Source: Octopus sinensis (Eukaryota). From it: a stretch of DNA of 64,000 nt. A program made the translations under genes and the position numbers. Below the pieces are notes generated by a model. That model ran no database searches, had not been told where the DNA came from, and saw only the letters and a list, made by a program, of their open reading frames with translations. The stretch lies in NCBI RefSeq assembly GCF_006345805.1, contig NC_042997.1, positions 164,362,001-164,426,000 of the forward strand, read 5' to 3'. Below are positions 1-11,976 of this stretch, piece after piece. Within the stretch, counting starts at the first letter, position 1; every line of letters starts with the position of its first letter.

Positions 1-225
1 GCCGTTCGCCAGCCTCGCCTGGCACCTGTGTCGGTGGCACATAAAATCACCCACTACACTCTCGGAGTGGTTGACGTTAGGAAGGGCATCCAGCTGTAGA
101 AACACTGCCAGATCTGACTGGCCTGGTGCAGCCTTCGGGCTCCCCAGACCCCAGTTGAACCGTCCAACCCATGCTAGCATGGAAAGCGGACGTTAAATGA
201 TGATGATGATGATGATGATGATGAT
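1..225 (+). mobile_element. Retroposon 3' end with (ATG)n tail (RTE-related SINE/LINE tail)
   Basis: ...gttaggaagggcatccagctgtagaaac..ccatgctagcatggaaagcggacgttaaa(tga)n; near-identical copies at 19432 and 28832. Confidence 0.85.
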
Positions 226-368
226 AAATATATGACTGTCTATATTCTGTGCAACTTCCCTCTACATCCCCTACACTTTGAAAATATACATAGCTTTGGT
301 CCTAATTTGCTATCATGTCATAGCATTTCTAAAGCGAGTTGATTGATTACCAACCATCTTCTCCTATA
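226..368 (+). repeat. About 140-bp segment duplicated at 3228-3376
   Basis: gactgtctatattctgtgcaacttccctctacatcccctacact...gagttgattgattacca..catcttctcctata occurs twice, roughly 90% identical by eye. Confidence 0.9.
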
Positions 369-1130
369 ATTATGAAGCCCTTGATTTCAAGAATTAAAAG
401 GAGCTGCAGAACTTATAACTTTAACCATGAGTGTTAATGACTGCAAAATATGCTGAGCAACAGAATTAATTCCAGGTTGCTGTCTCAGCATGTGGGCAAA
501 TACAGTAGTAGCAAACGGCTACAGAATAGCTAAGGTGGAATTTGAAACCAAATCCACATTTTTATACATTGTCAAGCAAATCTTCAGTCTGTTGATTTAG
601 CCTTAATGCACTTCCAGATTAATGAGAAAAAGTTGATCTTTTGATATTTCTCAAGTCATTCTTTGATCAATTCTGATTAAGGATGAAGAACCCTATTGTT
701 TAGCTCAACTTACTTTAGTCAGCAAGTTATAAAAACACAAGCAAATAGCTATCTTCTACTTAGTCAATTTACTGAGGACAGACAGCATCTCTGTCAGTAT
801 GCTGATCAATACATACAAAGGTAGACCTCTTAATATATTATTCTACCTTGATTGTTTTATTCTGTCTTTCTCTTTAACAGCACAAGGATGAAGCTAGCTC
901 CCACATACAAAGATCATGGAACCAGAGACAAATATTCTACTGCATGCACAAAAAGCTGTGTACACAAACAAACAACCAGATAAGATTGTATATTTCTTAT
1001 ATATTGTAATAACTAATATTATAATCATCTTCAAAGTTGTAATGACATGATAATTGATATATAATAAATGGCCTTATTAATAATCAAGTAACTATTGTTT
1101 TCCAATCATTTCTGTTCTACATTATCACAT

Positions 1131-1342
1131 TTAGCCCTTTTGATACCAACCTGCCTGAAGCCAGCCTTGGTTCCATGATACAAACCTTTAAATTAAAATC
1201 TTCCATCAAAATTTCAGGTTAATTTATGTTCTAAATACCAGTTTAATTGCGATAATTATTTGTGTAAATTTTTCAGTGTTTTTAAAATTAACTGAAACAA
1301 AGTTGGTCTATTTCAACAGTAATATGGTAACGAAAGGGTTAA
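1131..1342. mobile_element. piggyBac-type MITE
   Basis: ttagcccttttgataccaacc ... taacgaaagggttaa; terminus resembles the 52530 end of the larger element; similar to the copy at 30393. Confidence 0.75.
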
Positions 1343-2503
1343 ATATTATCATTACACAGTATATACTCTCTACTGCTCACATATGGATGCAAAATGGTTA
1401 AGAAGTTTGTTTTATAATCCTGAGGTCCAAAGTTTAATCGCACTGATTAATGCTTACCCATAATGCTTGGCATTACGGGTAAGTGTCTTGTGTCTTTTAC
1501 CATTACCTCAGATCAATCTAATGGAAACTAGGAAGACAGAAACTGTGCACAAGCTCATTGAATGGATTGTACATGTCATTCAAAGGTAGTCTTTTCACAC
1601 TGTGTCATGCTGATCCTGCCTCAGATCTACATTACAGAAACAGGTGTCTGTATAATTCTTATCCACTTCCATGCTAATTCAATGAGCAGATAATCCAAAT
1701 GGACAAACAACTCAATTGATTTCAATGATGGATCCTCTTTATAGAAATCAACAGAATTCACTAACTCATTACTTTACAATGCTCACAAACTGATGAGAGA
1801 GCTTTTAGATGATTCTTCAACCTGCTAGAAATAACAGCTAAATCTGCTATAAATTGCAACCTACTATACACATTAGTAATGTTGTCCAGATACACTATGT
1901 CTGAAACAGTTGGAATGCCTTTGATGATTACAGATTTCCTTGACTAAGCAACCACAAAAACAGTGGCAATGATGCACACAAGCTAATGTGAACACTATTG
2001 TCTCAAAGATGCCATTTAAACTGCAAGAATAGCAACCTAATTTTTTTCAAAACACACACTACTGTCTTCAGTAAGGAAGATATATTAGATACTGTCTCAC
2101 TACATCGTGTGGAAAAAAAAAGACAGAATAATCATGGCTGGAATGCTTTGATCAGAGGCCCCCACAACCATGAAAAGTGAAACAGTTTATGGTAAACAGC
2201 ATATATGGTAAACAGCATATACAAAAAAAAGATGAGATGGTCATGATCAGAGAGCCTTTAATCCTAGGCTTGTTCAGTCAAAGCTGAATTCAGGTTAAAC
2301 AACAACTGCTTCCAAATATCACTTCCTATGATAACATGCTATATATAGCGCTCTATAGTGTTGTTATAAGTCTTATAATACCTGTCAAATCACCAGTAGC
2401 TTCTGTCTGGATTACAGCTCTATATGGTAAGCTTTTGAAGCATTCTTCAATGTTAAAGTTATTCTCCAAAGAATCTAGTAATACCAAGTTAAACTACTGA
2501 GAT

Positions 2504-2731
2504 TTAACCCTTTAGCATTTAATCCAGCCATATCCATCCCAAATATTCTACCTGTTTTATGTTAAACTGACTACATCCAACCTCTGAAATTTACTCTCCA
2601 ATATCATTCTTAAAATATATCAACACGCCATTGAAATCTTGAAGCTACAAAATAACATGTGATTAATTCAAAACAATATGAATAAATGAGTATTATAATT
2701 TGACAAAGAAACCTGAATGCAAAAGGGTTAA
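2504..2731. mobile_element. piggyBac-type MITE (second family)
   Basis: TTAA-ccctttagcatt ... aatgcaaaaggg-TTAA terminal inverted repeats with TTAA TSD. Confidence 0.8.
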
Positions 2732-2823
2732 GTGTTATTGCCAAAGGCAAAGCACAGTATCTGACACATAATTTATATCATTCCATTTGTTCATATCAAA
2801 CAGGCATAGGCAAGGCTGTGATA

Positions 2824-2990
2824 GGTGCAAGTGTGGCTATATGGTAAGCAGCTTGCTTCTCAACCAAATGGTTCTGGGTTCAATCCCACTACATGGCACC
2901 TTGAGCAAATGTCTTCTGCTATAGCTTTACACTGACCAAAACTTTGTGAGTGGGTTTTGTTGATAGGAACCGAAAGAAGCTCATCATAGA
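2824..2990 (+). mobile_element. tRNA-derived SINE (20916 family)
   Basis: gtgtggctatatggtaagcagcttgcttc..gggttcaatcccact.. Confidence 0.75.
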
Positions 2991-3227
2991 TATATCAGCA
3001 TCATCATCATCATTGTTTAACATCCATTTTCCATGCAGGTATGCATAGGACAGTCTAATAGAAAACTGGTGAGCTGCTGGGTTACATTGAAAGGTTGAAG
3101 TTGAATAAACTAATCCAAGTATATATGTATGTTTCTGCATGTGTATATGAATCTGTGAATAAATTCATAAACATATATATATCATCATCATCATCATCAT
3201 CGTTTAACGTCCGTTTTCCATGCTAAT

Positions 3228-3376
3228 AAATATATATACGACTGTCTATATTCTGTGCAACTTCCCTCTACATCCCCTACACTCTTTGAAAACATTCATA
3301 GCTTTGATCATAATTTGCTATTATGTCATAGCATTTCTAAAGAGAGTTGATTGATTACCAAACATCTTCTCCTATA
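3228..3376 (+). repeat. Second copy of the 226-368 segment
   Basis: Direct repeat, same orientation. Confidence 0.9.
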
Positions 3377-4139
3377 TATATTATCAATTATCGCACATAC
3401 TCAGCATATGCTTTGCTAGTTAAAGCACTTGAAATTCATAGACACACGAGACAACTCAACTTGGATCAAATTCAGGAGTGACAGATCCTGACATTTCACC
3501 ATTTTGAATTGAATCACCAGTCTATGACTATATATAAGCAGTGTCAGAACTATTTGTTGATGTGCCATTTGCTATATTTTATATATATTAGTGACAATTA
3601 TAATTCTCCATTTTGGTGAAAAATTGCAAACTGCTCTTTATCTTAATTTTATATATACACATTAGCAAATCGCTAAATCATCCAATAATTTGGATGACAA
3701 AAACATAAATACTAAGAGTGAGGCAGGTCTGGAGAAAGTTGAACAATCAAGTGGGCTTAACTGATGAAGCAATGGAAATTGCTGAAACTGTTGGCAGTAT
3801 TAAGAATTCTCAATCGGCATTTTTTGGGATAACTACAATCTCTGTTAGCATATATGTTTTCATCCATGTGCGTTAAGTACAGCACTAGAGCACTTTAGCT
3901 CTTATTTCTAGCTCAATGCAGATGTTTCCTAACACCCTAATCATATTTAGTGTCAATCATAAATCTTTCACCGTGAAATGACTAAGGAAAACAGTCTAAT
4001 TAAGGGGCATTATAAGCCCCCAACAGAAAAAGGAAGGCTTTCCTATCCACGGGAGAGTTGGACCCACATCCCTTTGTTAATGCGACTAAGTGTGTTACCT
4101 TTACACACACACATGCATAGATATATGCATATATATATA

Positions 4140-4268
4140 TATATATATATATGATCAGCTTCTTTCAGTTTCTGTCTAGCAAGTACAGTCACAAGGCTTT
4201 GGTTAGAGGAGAAGACACTTGTCCAAGGTACTTCACGTTGGGACTGAATCCAAGAACACATGGTTGAG
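4140..4268 (-). mobile_element. tRNA-derived SINE fragment (20916 family)
   Basis: gcttctttcagtttctgtcta..gaagacacttgtccaagg..gggactgaatcc. Confidence 0.65.
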
Positions 4269-4328
4269 AATTTTGTTCCTCAGATGTGACAATCTGAGGA
4301 ACATAAAAGAGAAAAAGAAAACCCTTAC

Positions 4329-4372
4329 CATGAGAATTTCTCTGTTTTTATCACTTATAGGTCTATTTACAT
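4329..4372 (-). other. Candidate second exon (44 nt) of the divergent gene
   Basis: Minus-strand acceptor ttcttccattcacattcacatcctag and donor ATG|GTAAGG; in frame with the 7592 donor: MLSTL-DVNRPISDKNREILM. Confidence 0.33.
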
Positions 4373-5359
4373 CTAGGATGTGAATGTGAATGGAAGAAGC
4401 CCAGTAATTAACTGATGTTTTAATTTATTGATCCCGCAAGGATGAAAGGCAAAGTTAAAAGTGACATGATTTGATTATAGAGTTTAAAGCATCATATCTA
4501 AATACTATAGCTATGTAGTGGACCTTCTGCTGAATTGCGAACCATTGCTTTTAGATTTTCCCAACTTAAGACTATATTATCACCATAAAAGGCATGGCTA
4601 TGTGAATATGGCTTGACTAATCATCATTGGCTGACTTGTCATGATTGCCATGTTAAACCTTAAAGTATGTATGTGGGTTTTCTTACCAAATAACTTGATA
4701 AAAGGTTCTTGAAAAATTGGTTTATGGTTATAAAAAGCTGGTTAAATTCAACATCAGACTAGATTCCACATGAAACTATACCACTTTACTCAGTGAGTTG
4801 GTCTCTTGCTTTCTTTTAGATTTCCGTTTTAACATGCTTATGTATTAGTTATATGCTCAGGTTTTAACTTCAACTAATTTCATCTTCAATAACTAAGAAC
4901 TAATTTCGTATTACATAGTACATAAGTTGTACTACAGAAGATTCCTCTTGTTCTATAAAATTATTTATATGTATGCAAATAAAAATAAGTAGTGCAGGTT
5001 AAATAGAATATATGAAAACACAAATAAATATTAGTGGGGCGTAGATTTTGAAACCACATTAGCTCAGTAACAAGAAATAGGCCACAGTATATCAAGTGAT
5101 TTGGCCTAATTATTGGCCAATAGTATTTCGACTCTAATTGTTTGTATAATTTCAAACAGAAATTTTCATGAGTTTCTCACTGAAACAGCTATAAATTAAA
5201 ATGCATACCACAATCTGAGAGGCAACAGAGGTCTACAAAAAAGCAAGTTTCTTGGTCATTGCCTGTTTTAAAGGAATCATTTGTCTACAATGAACACAAT
5301 TTTTCTGCCTCTCACAACATGACAATATAACTAGCTTTCCTAGCTAACATGTTGTCATA

Positions 5360-5875
5360 TCTTCTATAACAATAAATGCAAAACTCTGTCTGTCTAGGAC
5401 CCCTGTATCTCAGTCAACATTTGCTCTAGATAGACATACTATACCTTTTTGGAATCAGGATGTCCCTTCATTTGGTTCTTGAACATCCAGCATTGGGATC
5501 TGATTTAAAAGCATTTAGGTTGCTATTTCTTGCAGGTAAAGCTTGGCTGATTCACACCATCTTGATTGGTGTATGTCAGATGATGTCAGAGATCAAGGGG
5601 GAGATTAATGACATTAGCTTCATTAATTTTACGTTGAGATAAGAACTCTGGGATAAATTGGTCAACAGTTGGAATTTAAATTGGGACTGAAACATTAGAA
5701 TAATTGCATTACAGAATTAATTCTCATCTCTCCTTAACCTCCGGTCAAACACCACCAGGGCACATAGCCATTATAGTCATGCTATTTAGCTCTCCTTAGT
5801 TTTGGGCCACAAGCCCAATTAGCCCTCCACAGGAGCTAGCTTAAAAGTCTGCAAGGAGTGTGGCTTTTAAGCTAG
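5360..5875 (+). mobile_element. Non-autonomous Helitron-like element
   Basis: A|TC...CTAG|T ends; 5' tcttctataacaataaa..gtctgtct; 3' inverted repeat agctagcttaaaagtc (5834-5849) / ggcttttaagctagtt (5862-5877). Confidence 0.6.
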
Positions 5876-7591
5876 TTAGTAATAAATGCTTATCTAGACA
5901 CTTCTGGCATGCAGTTTACACTTAGCAAAAACTTCTGTATGATTTAAGTAAGTAAATGCTTTTGTTGAGAATATTGAATGGACTTAGTTTTAATTTGGGT
6001 GACAGCAAGAAGCCAAAATCAGTCTTACCAATTATTGAACACCCATTTAATCAAGTTCATTATTATCTTCACACACAGCTTACCCAATATTGTGACCTAC
6101 CAACAAAGAATTAATGACTTAAAAATTCCGAATTAGAAACGTTTTGTCTGATGCTCTAACAATTCTGCCATTGTTAAACAGAGGCGTTGCTGAAAGCATA
6201 TTGTACTAAAACATTACATGTGTAAGCCTCCACTCTATATGTGTTTGTTTACATTATTTCTATGTATTTAGTATGCAGAAAACTATTCTAAAGTATTTTC
6301 CCTCAGTTGATACTGATAATTGATGTCTATATATTACCTCTATTTCTTTTTAAACTTATCAATTCATTGTCATAACAATTGAGAATATGCTCTGCTGAGG
6401 AGATTTTAATAACATCGAAACAGGTTTATTGCTTTCACTTTTAAAGAACTGATCCACATTTAATCGCATCGCCTTTTATTTTTTTGAAAATTTCAATTAA
6501 CTGTTATTATTGGAGTTACGTGGTTACTTTTTGATCTTAAAAACCCATTGAAGTAGTTTTTATTCACTAATTGCTTTGGTAATCCCATTTAATTAAAGTT
6601 TTACAATCGCTATACTACATTTCTGAAATCCTGCTATTATATGCCTCTAGTAGCAGAACGCTTCCTTGATTTTACCCCAGCCCTATTATATATTTATCCC
6701 TTTCATAAAGACATCACAGTTGAGAGAATTAATTCCAATATATTGACCGAACCAACATTGAAAGTACCTTACACTCGAATGTTTATTAAACGGTATTATG
6801 TTTAAAAGTCTATGATGGAAAATAACCTTTCCTTTAGTGTTATATCTTTTTTAATATGGCGGGGTGAGGGTGGTATATCATCTCCATTTTTGTCTCATTT
6901 ATTAAGGAAAATGATGAATACAACTGATCAGACCTATCGAACGAATAGAATTCTTTAAATAGATTAATGTCCTGATAAAATAGGTGAGTACGGATGTTTA
7001 GGGCATAAGAAAAGCCTTACTCGAAACATCAGAACCACCCACCTTCTTTACGGCACATGAACTCATTTTATATTACAGATTTTAACTGCTTTTTGATATA
7101 TATATATATATCGTGTATCTACAGATCATCACTAGTTTTTCTTAGATTCTATATTCTTTTCCTTTTACTATCCAAAGAATGATGAAGGCATTCCTCACCA
7201 CCACACCAGTAATCAAAGTAATAGTGCCGACTGCCTGATGTTATGATTGTGGTGAAGAAGATGCCGTCAAAGCCAGGAATCCTTTGTCGGTTAACGATAA
7301 ATATCTTAAACAAATATTACATATACCATACATAGTTTTATTGAAATGCACGTACATAATAGCATATTCGCAAAAACCAGAGATTGTTAGTCTCCGGTTA
7401 GTTCTCACTGACCAAACCTACAATGATCAAAGACATTCCAGCCATGGCCATCTCGTCTTTCTCTTGGGCAATACTTTTATAGGTATACAATATGTCCCTC
7501 TCTTTTAGAGACAATAGTGTATAATTTACGGAAGATGCAGCTGCTATTTCTAGCTGATCGAGTTTCTTTGGTGAAGTTCGGAGAAACTTAC

Positions 7592-7780
7592 CCAGAGTCG
7601 ATAACATAATCAGTAGGGTCTCGCACCTGATTACCAGATGTAGGTGGGCTAGGAATGTAAGAGATAGAGTGGCTGCATTACATCTCGCAGCCGTCGACAC
7701 AATCGGAGTAGTCGTAGATAAATACACTTCCTTGAATTCTACTGATGACAGCGGCGATGACAAAAAGAGATCCTTTATAC
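7592..7780 (-). other. Candidate first exon of a divergently transcribed gene
   Basis: CpG-rich; minus-strand donor CTGG|GTAAGT (plus strand acttac 7586-7591); ends ATG TTA TCG ACT CTG G; 5' end approximate. Confidence 0.4.
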
Positions 7781-8319
7781 GAGGAAAAATTATCCTCTCT
7801 TTCTAGTATAGTTTATTTATAAACAACAAAAACAAACTAAAGCAGAATGTGCGTCTTCAAACACATTGTCTGATGTTTTGTTTGTTTGCTTCCTCGTTGT
7901 TATGAAGAAAAAATGATTAAAACAAAACAAAACATCGAGTTCATTTCACTGAAAATGTAAATTAAGATCTAAATTTTATCATTAATCGGAGTATTTGATG
8001 TAGTAGATATATCTAAAATGTGTTTTAGTAATAAATAAATGAACAGATATACAAAATGGTAACTTGAACGAAATAAAAACAAAAATGGCATGTAAAGTAA
8101 TGTACTCGGTAATGTGAAAATGCTGAAAATTTATTAAGAATTTCTATGCTCAAGATATTCAATGAATATCAACAGTATTATTTATGATAAAATTGATTAT
8201 AATTATTATTACGAAAACTATTTCCCCAGTTGTATTCTTACATTATACTTTAGTCCATCATTTTATTGAAATCACAAGTTGATATAGTTAGCTCCCTTGG
8301 ACACCGTTATTGAACGAGT

Positions 8320-8396
8320 TAAAGGAAATCGCCATCTTGCTGTCAACTTTAAGTAAATGGTTTCATTGCAATCGTCGACTTGCATTGTGATTTGAA
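8320..8396 (+). promoter_or_regulatory. Candidate DHX9 TSS / non-coding first exon with YY1-type motif
   Basis: CGCCATCTTG at 8330-8339 (YY1 consensus), local CpG enrichment, donor GAA|GTGAGT at 8396/8397; start approximate. Confidence 0.4.
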
Positions 8397-9544
8397 GTGA
8401 GTATCCGAAATAACGTAATTTTCTAAAATATTTACTCTATTCCAAACTAACTCTTATGTACATATATGTATGTTTATACTTTGTATTGTACAGCAGAGAA
8501 GAGTTTTACTGCATAATACAGGACGGCGATACTAAAAGTGATTTATGAAAAGCATTTTAATCCGTACTTCGAACAATAGTTTCATTAATATTTTATATAT
8601 ATATATGTATATATACATACACCATGCATTGTATTTGTTAGACAGTTTCTATTTGTCATCAAAATACAGGATTAAAAAGAAAACGGCAAGATGTAGGGAC
8701 CATTACAACGTCATTCTAAATAAATACTTTTAATAAATTAAGATAGCGATGTGAAATTTATTCAATTCTATTGACTCTTTTTTTTTAAACTTTGGTTCTG
8801 ATGACAGATTTTATTTCAAGGTCTGGTTTAATGTTGGTGTTAAAAATAAAAGTGTTGTGTTTATACTCGAGAATTGGCGTTACATAAACAGTAACATATA
8901 CCCTAAACACAATATCCTGAGAGATTATCGAAAGCTTTTACACGTGGGTGGATGTCTGGATAAATATACTTGCTGTTTTCTGTATGCCTGTGTTTAGCAA
9001 TTTGACGAAATCTTTTTTTTTTTTGGTTAAAGTATTATGATTGCCTGAACGAAATCACCCCCCAAACACTTAGTATTTTGTATGTCACTTGAAGATGACA
9101 TGCGTAAAAATAATGCCGACTCTGTTGACTTGTACAGGCAAAATGGCCGGCTAGTTTCTAGAGAGAATTGCGTTTTGGTTAAACAAGCAAGCCAAGATAT
9201 CTTAGTTAATTTCTATGTCGGCACACGTAGTGTTCACGATAGTCAGCAAACTAACTAACTACCTCTGAGTATGAGTTTTGATGTAATTTAGACTGGAACA
9301 TATTGCGAAATTTGTCTGCTAAACACCATAATAATAGAAATTAGCTTAGCTAAGTTTTTGTAAATCGTATGAAAAACCTGGTAGAAACTTCAACTGAAAC
9401 ATTATTTATACTACTGCTTCGCGACGAATGAAGAACCTAATGAAATTTTGCCGACTTTATTCATAGATTTTTACCTTCGCATATCACTAGCTTACCTTCA
9501 GATTCTGTACTTTTCTATTCGCTTTAATGATTATGATAATTATT

Positions 9545-10470
9545 CTTTCTAATTTCGGCATAAGGCTTGCATTTTGTTTCTAAAGAGAAGGTAGTCTATT
9601 AGATTCGACCTCAGTACTCAGCTGGTATTTATTTTATCGATACCTGAAGGATAAATGGCCAAGTCGGCCTAGGTTGAATTTGTACACAGAACGTAAAAAG
9701 CCGGAAGAAATGCATTTAAGCATTTTACCCAACGCACTATTCTGCTTACTCGCTACATTTGATAATTCTTTCTAATTTTGGCACAAGGCCAGCAATTTTG
9801 AGGGGAGAGGGTAAGTCGATATTTCAACTCCAAAAGGATGAAAGGTACAGTTGACCTCGGCGGGATTTCAACTCAGATGGTAAAGAGCCGGAACAAATGT
9901 CACTAAGCATTTATGTTCGATGCGGTAACGATTTTGTCAGCTCGCCACCTTTATAATAACAATCCTTTCCACTACAGTCACAAGGCCTGAAATGTTGAAG
10001 GGAGGAGTTAACCTGATTACATTGACCCAGTGTTCAGTTGGTACTTATTTTATCAACCACAAAAGGATGAAAGACAAGGTCGACCTTGGCGTCTTCTGAA
10101 CTCAGAACGTAAAGAGGGAAGAAATGTCAAGTATTTAATCCGGTGTGCTAACGATTGACAACAATAGCGAAAGGGGGTAAATCGATTACATCGACCCCTA
10201 AAGGATGAAAGGCAAAGTCGAACTCGGTGGTACTTGGACTCAAAACGTAAAGTCGGACGAAATGCCACTAAGCACTTTGCCTCTGTACTTTTAGTGGAGG
10301 GGATTAGTCGAAAATACCGATTCCAGTACTTGTACTTTATTCAATCAACCCCGAAAGGATGTAAAGTGAAGCTAGCATCGGCGGGATTTGAATGCGGAAC
10401 AATAAAAAGCCAAAACAAATGCTACAAGGAATTTTTTTTTGTACCGGCAAAAAGCGTGTTGCATAAGATG
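9545..10470 (-). mobile_element. Cluster of about five co-oriented tRNA-derived SINE copies
   Basis: Recurrent ggcacaaggcc..cgacccc..aaaggatgaaaggcaaagtcgacctcggcgg.atttgaactcagaacgtaaag..gaaatgcc.ctaagca units near 9550, 9770, 9965, 10175, 10290. Confidence 0.8.
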
Positions 10471-11195
10471 TGTGTGTGTGTGACGTCGAATGTATTGAAT
10501 GTTCTTAGTGTACAAATAAATCTTTTTGAAACAAGCCTCAAACTAGGGATTGACCACAATTGCCTAAGACATTGGGGACATTATGATTGCAAAATAAAAA
10601 CAAATTTACAAGTAAAAGGATGAGATTAATAAGTACAAACATTCATAGATATATAATAATAGTTTCCTTTATTTGCCACAAGGGGAACAGATGATGGGAA
10701 CGTTACAAAGTACAAAAAAAATAAAAACTAGATTTACGCAGAATCAATTATGAAATAATATTTATGTAATTCTTTTGTTTGATAAGGAATTACTGATTTA
10801 TGTAGTTTCGCATTCATACTAGCACGTGTTATAAACACTTTCGCTAATGTAAACATCTGCTACTAGTTAACTCAAGTACCCACTATACTAAACTCTTAAG
10901 AGAAATTGGCTTTACACACACACACAAAAAAGAAAATTGTTTCAAAGTGAAAATAATAGTACTTCAGAGTACAGTTTGTGAATTCTATTATCCAGGATAG
11001 GTTACAGAAGTGTTTAAATTTATAGTTGCATTAATTTGTGGTGATAAGATGCTTGGGAAGATTTTGTTTTTTCAAGTTTGAAAATAAAAATGATACAACA
11101 GTGTAAAATTGTTTTGTTGAATTTAAGAATCCCCCTCGCCGTTTTATTTTTTCAACGATAACTTTTGGTTTTTAATATATTTTAATTCAAATCAT

Positions 11196-11264
<69 letters not shown>

Positions 11265-11290
11265 ATACACATATATACACATATATATAT
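11196..11290. repeat. Interrupted (AT)n microsatellite
   Basis: About 95 bp of TA repeats. Confidence 0.95.
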
Positions 11291-11639
11291 GATTTTCAAC
11301 TTAACCTACTGACTTGGAAATATTGTTTATCATGTTTTGTAAAATAAGCTATGGACAATAAACTTCTCTATGTCAGTCTGAGTAAATTGTAAAAGTCATG
11401 TGAGAATATTATCGAAACCATTAGTTAAGAAAATGCACCTTATTTCTTTTCCTTTTCCCGCTAATCTTAACTGACAACTGCAGTTTAGCGAGCGATGTTT
11501 GGCCTGTATGTTTTGCTGGCACTCTTTTTCAATTTATTACTCAATTGATTATTGATACTTCATGTGCGGGTGAATTTGCTTCTACTGCATACAGTAGTGC
11601 TGCATTCTTTTGTCAGTATGTTTGCGTGAGTGAGTGTTC

Positions 11640-11976
11640 AGTAATGAGTTTACTGCGCCCACCGTTGTAGAGGTTTGTGTACTCTGCTTACGTTGTATCA
11701 ATCGTCATCTTTCCTCCTGCTGCCGTCACTGCAGCTACAAATGCATTTCTGCTCAGTCCGGGTCTGACTCTGGTGTCGCCCTCTCGCTGTGCGATATCGT
11801 TATTGTATACGGATTTAGTATCACCGCCTCATTCAGCCTCTTTAACTTTGTTTTTGTACTGGGACTTGTTTAATTTAGCCAAAGGTAAACAAATCGTCTA
11901 AGTGGCCAGCCTCGACAGCCGTTTTCTTTTTTTTTTTTTTTTTTTCCCACCAAGGGGAAACCACGGAAATCTAAAG
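11640..11976 (+). promoter_or_regulatory. Candidate CpG-rich promoter / non-coding 5' exon of DHX9
   Basis: CpG-rich stretch 11480-11930 in a CpG-poor background, donor AAG|GTATGC at 11976/11977; the ATG exon has an acceptor, so an upstream exon must exist; start approximate. Confidence 0.5.

Noticed and set aside
450-492. Hairpin atgctgag-caac...gttg-ctgt-ctcagcat as a miRNA precursor
   Set aside because: Stem too short and interrupted for a pre-miRNA.
7398-7763. 121-aa minus-strand ORF as a single-exon gene
   Set aside because: Non-ATG start, no recognisable domain, and it runs through a strong splice donor at 7592.
9545-10470. CRISPR-like or tRNA gene array
   Set aside because: Eukaryotic DNA; the units are diverged SINE copies of about 200 bp with no cloverleaf and no repeat-spacer regularity.
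10053-10623. ORFs of 71 and 129 aa
   Set aside because: They lie within the SINE cluster and are translations of repeat sequence.
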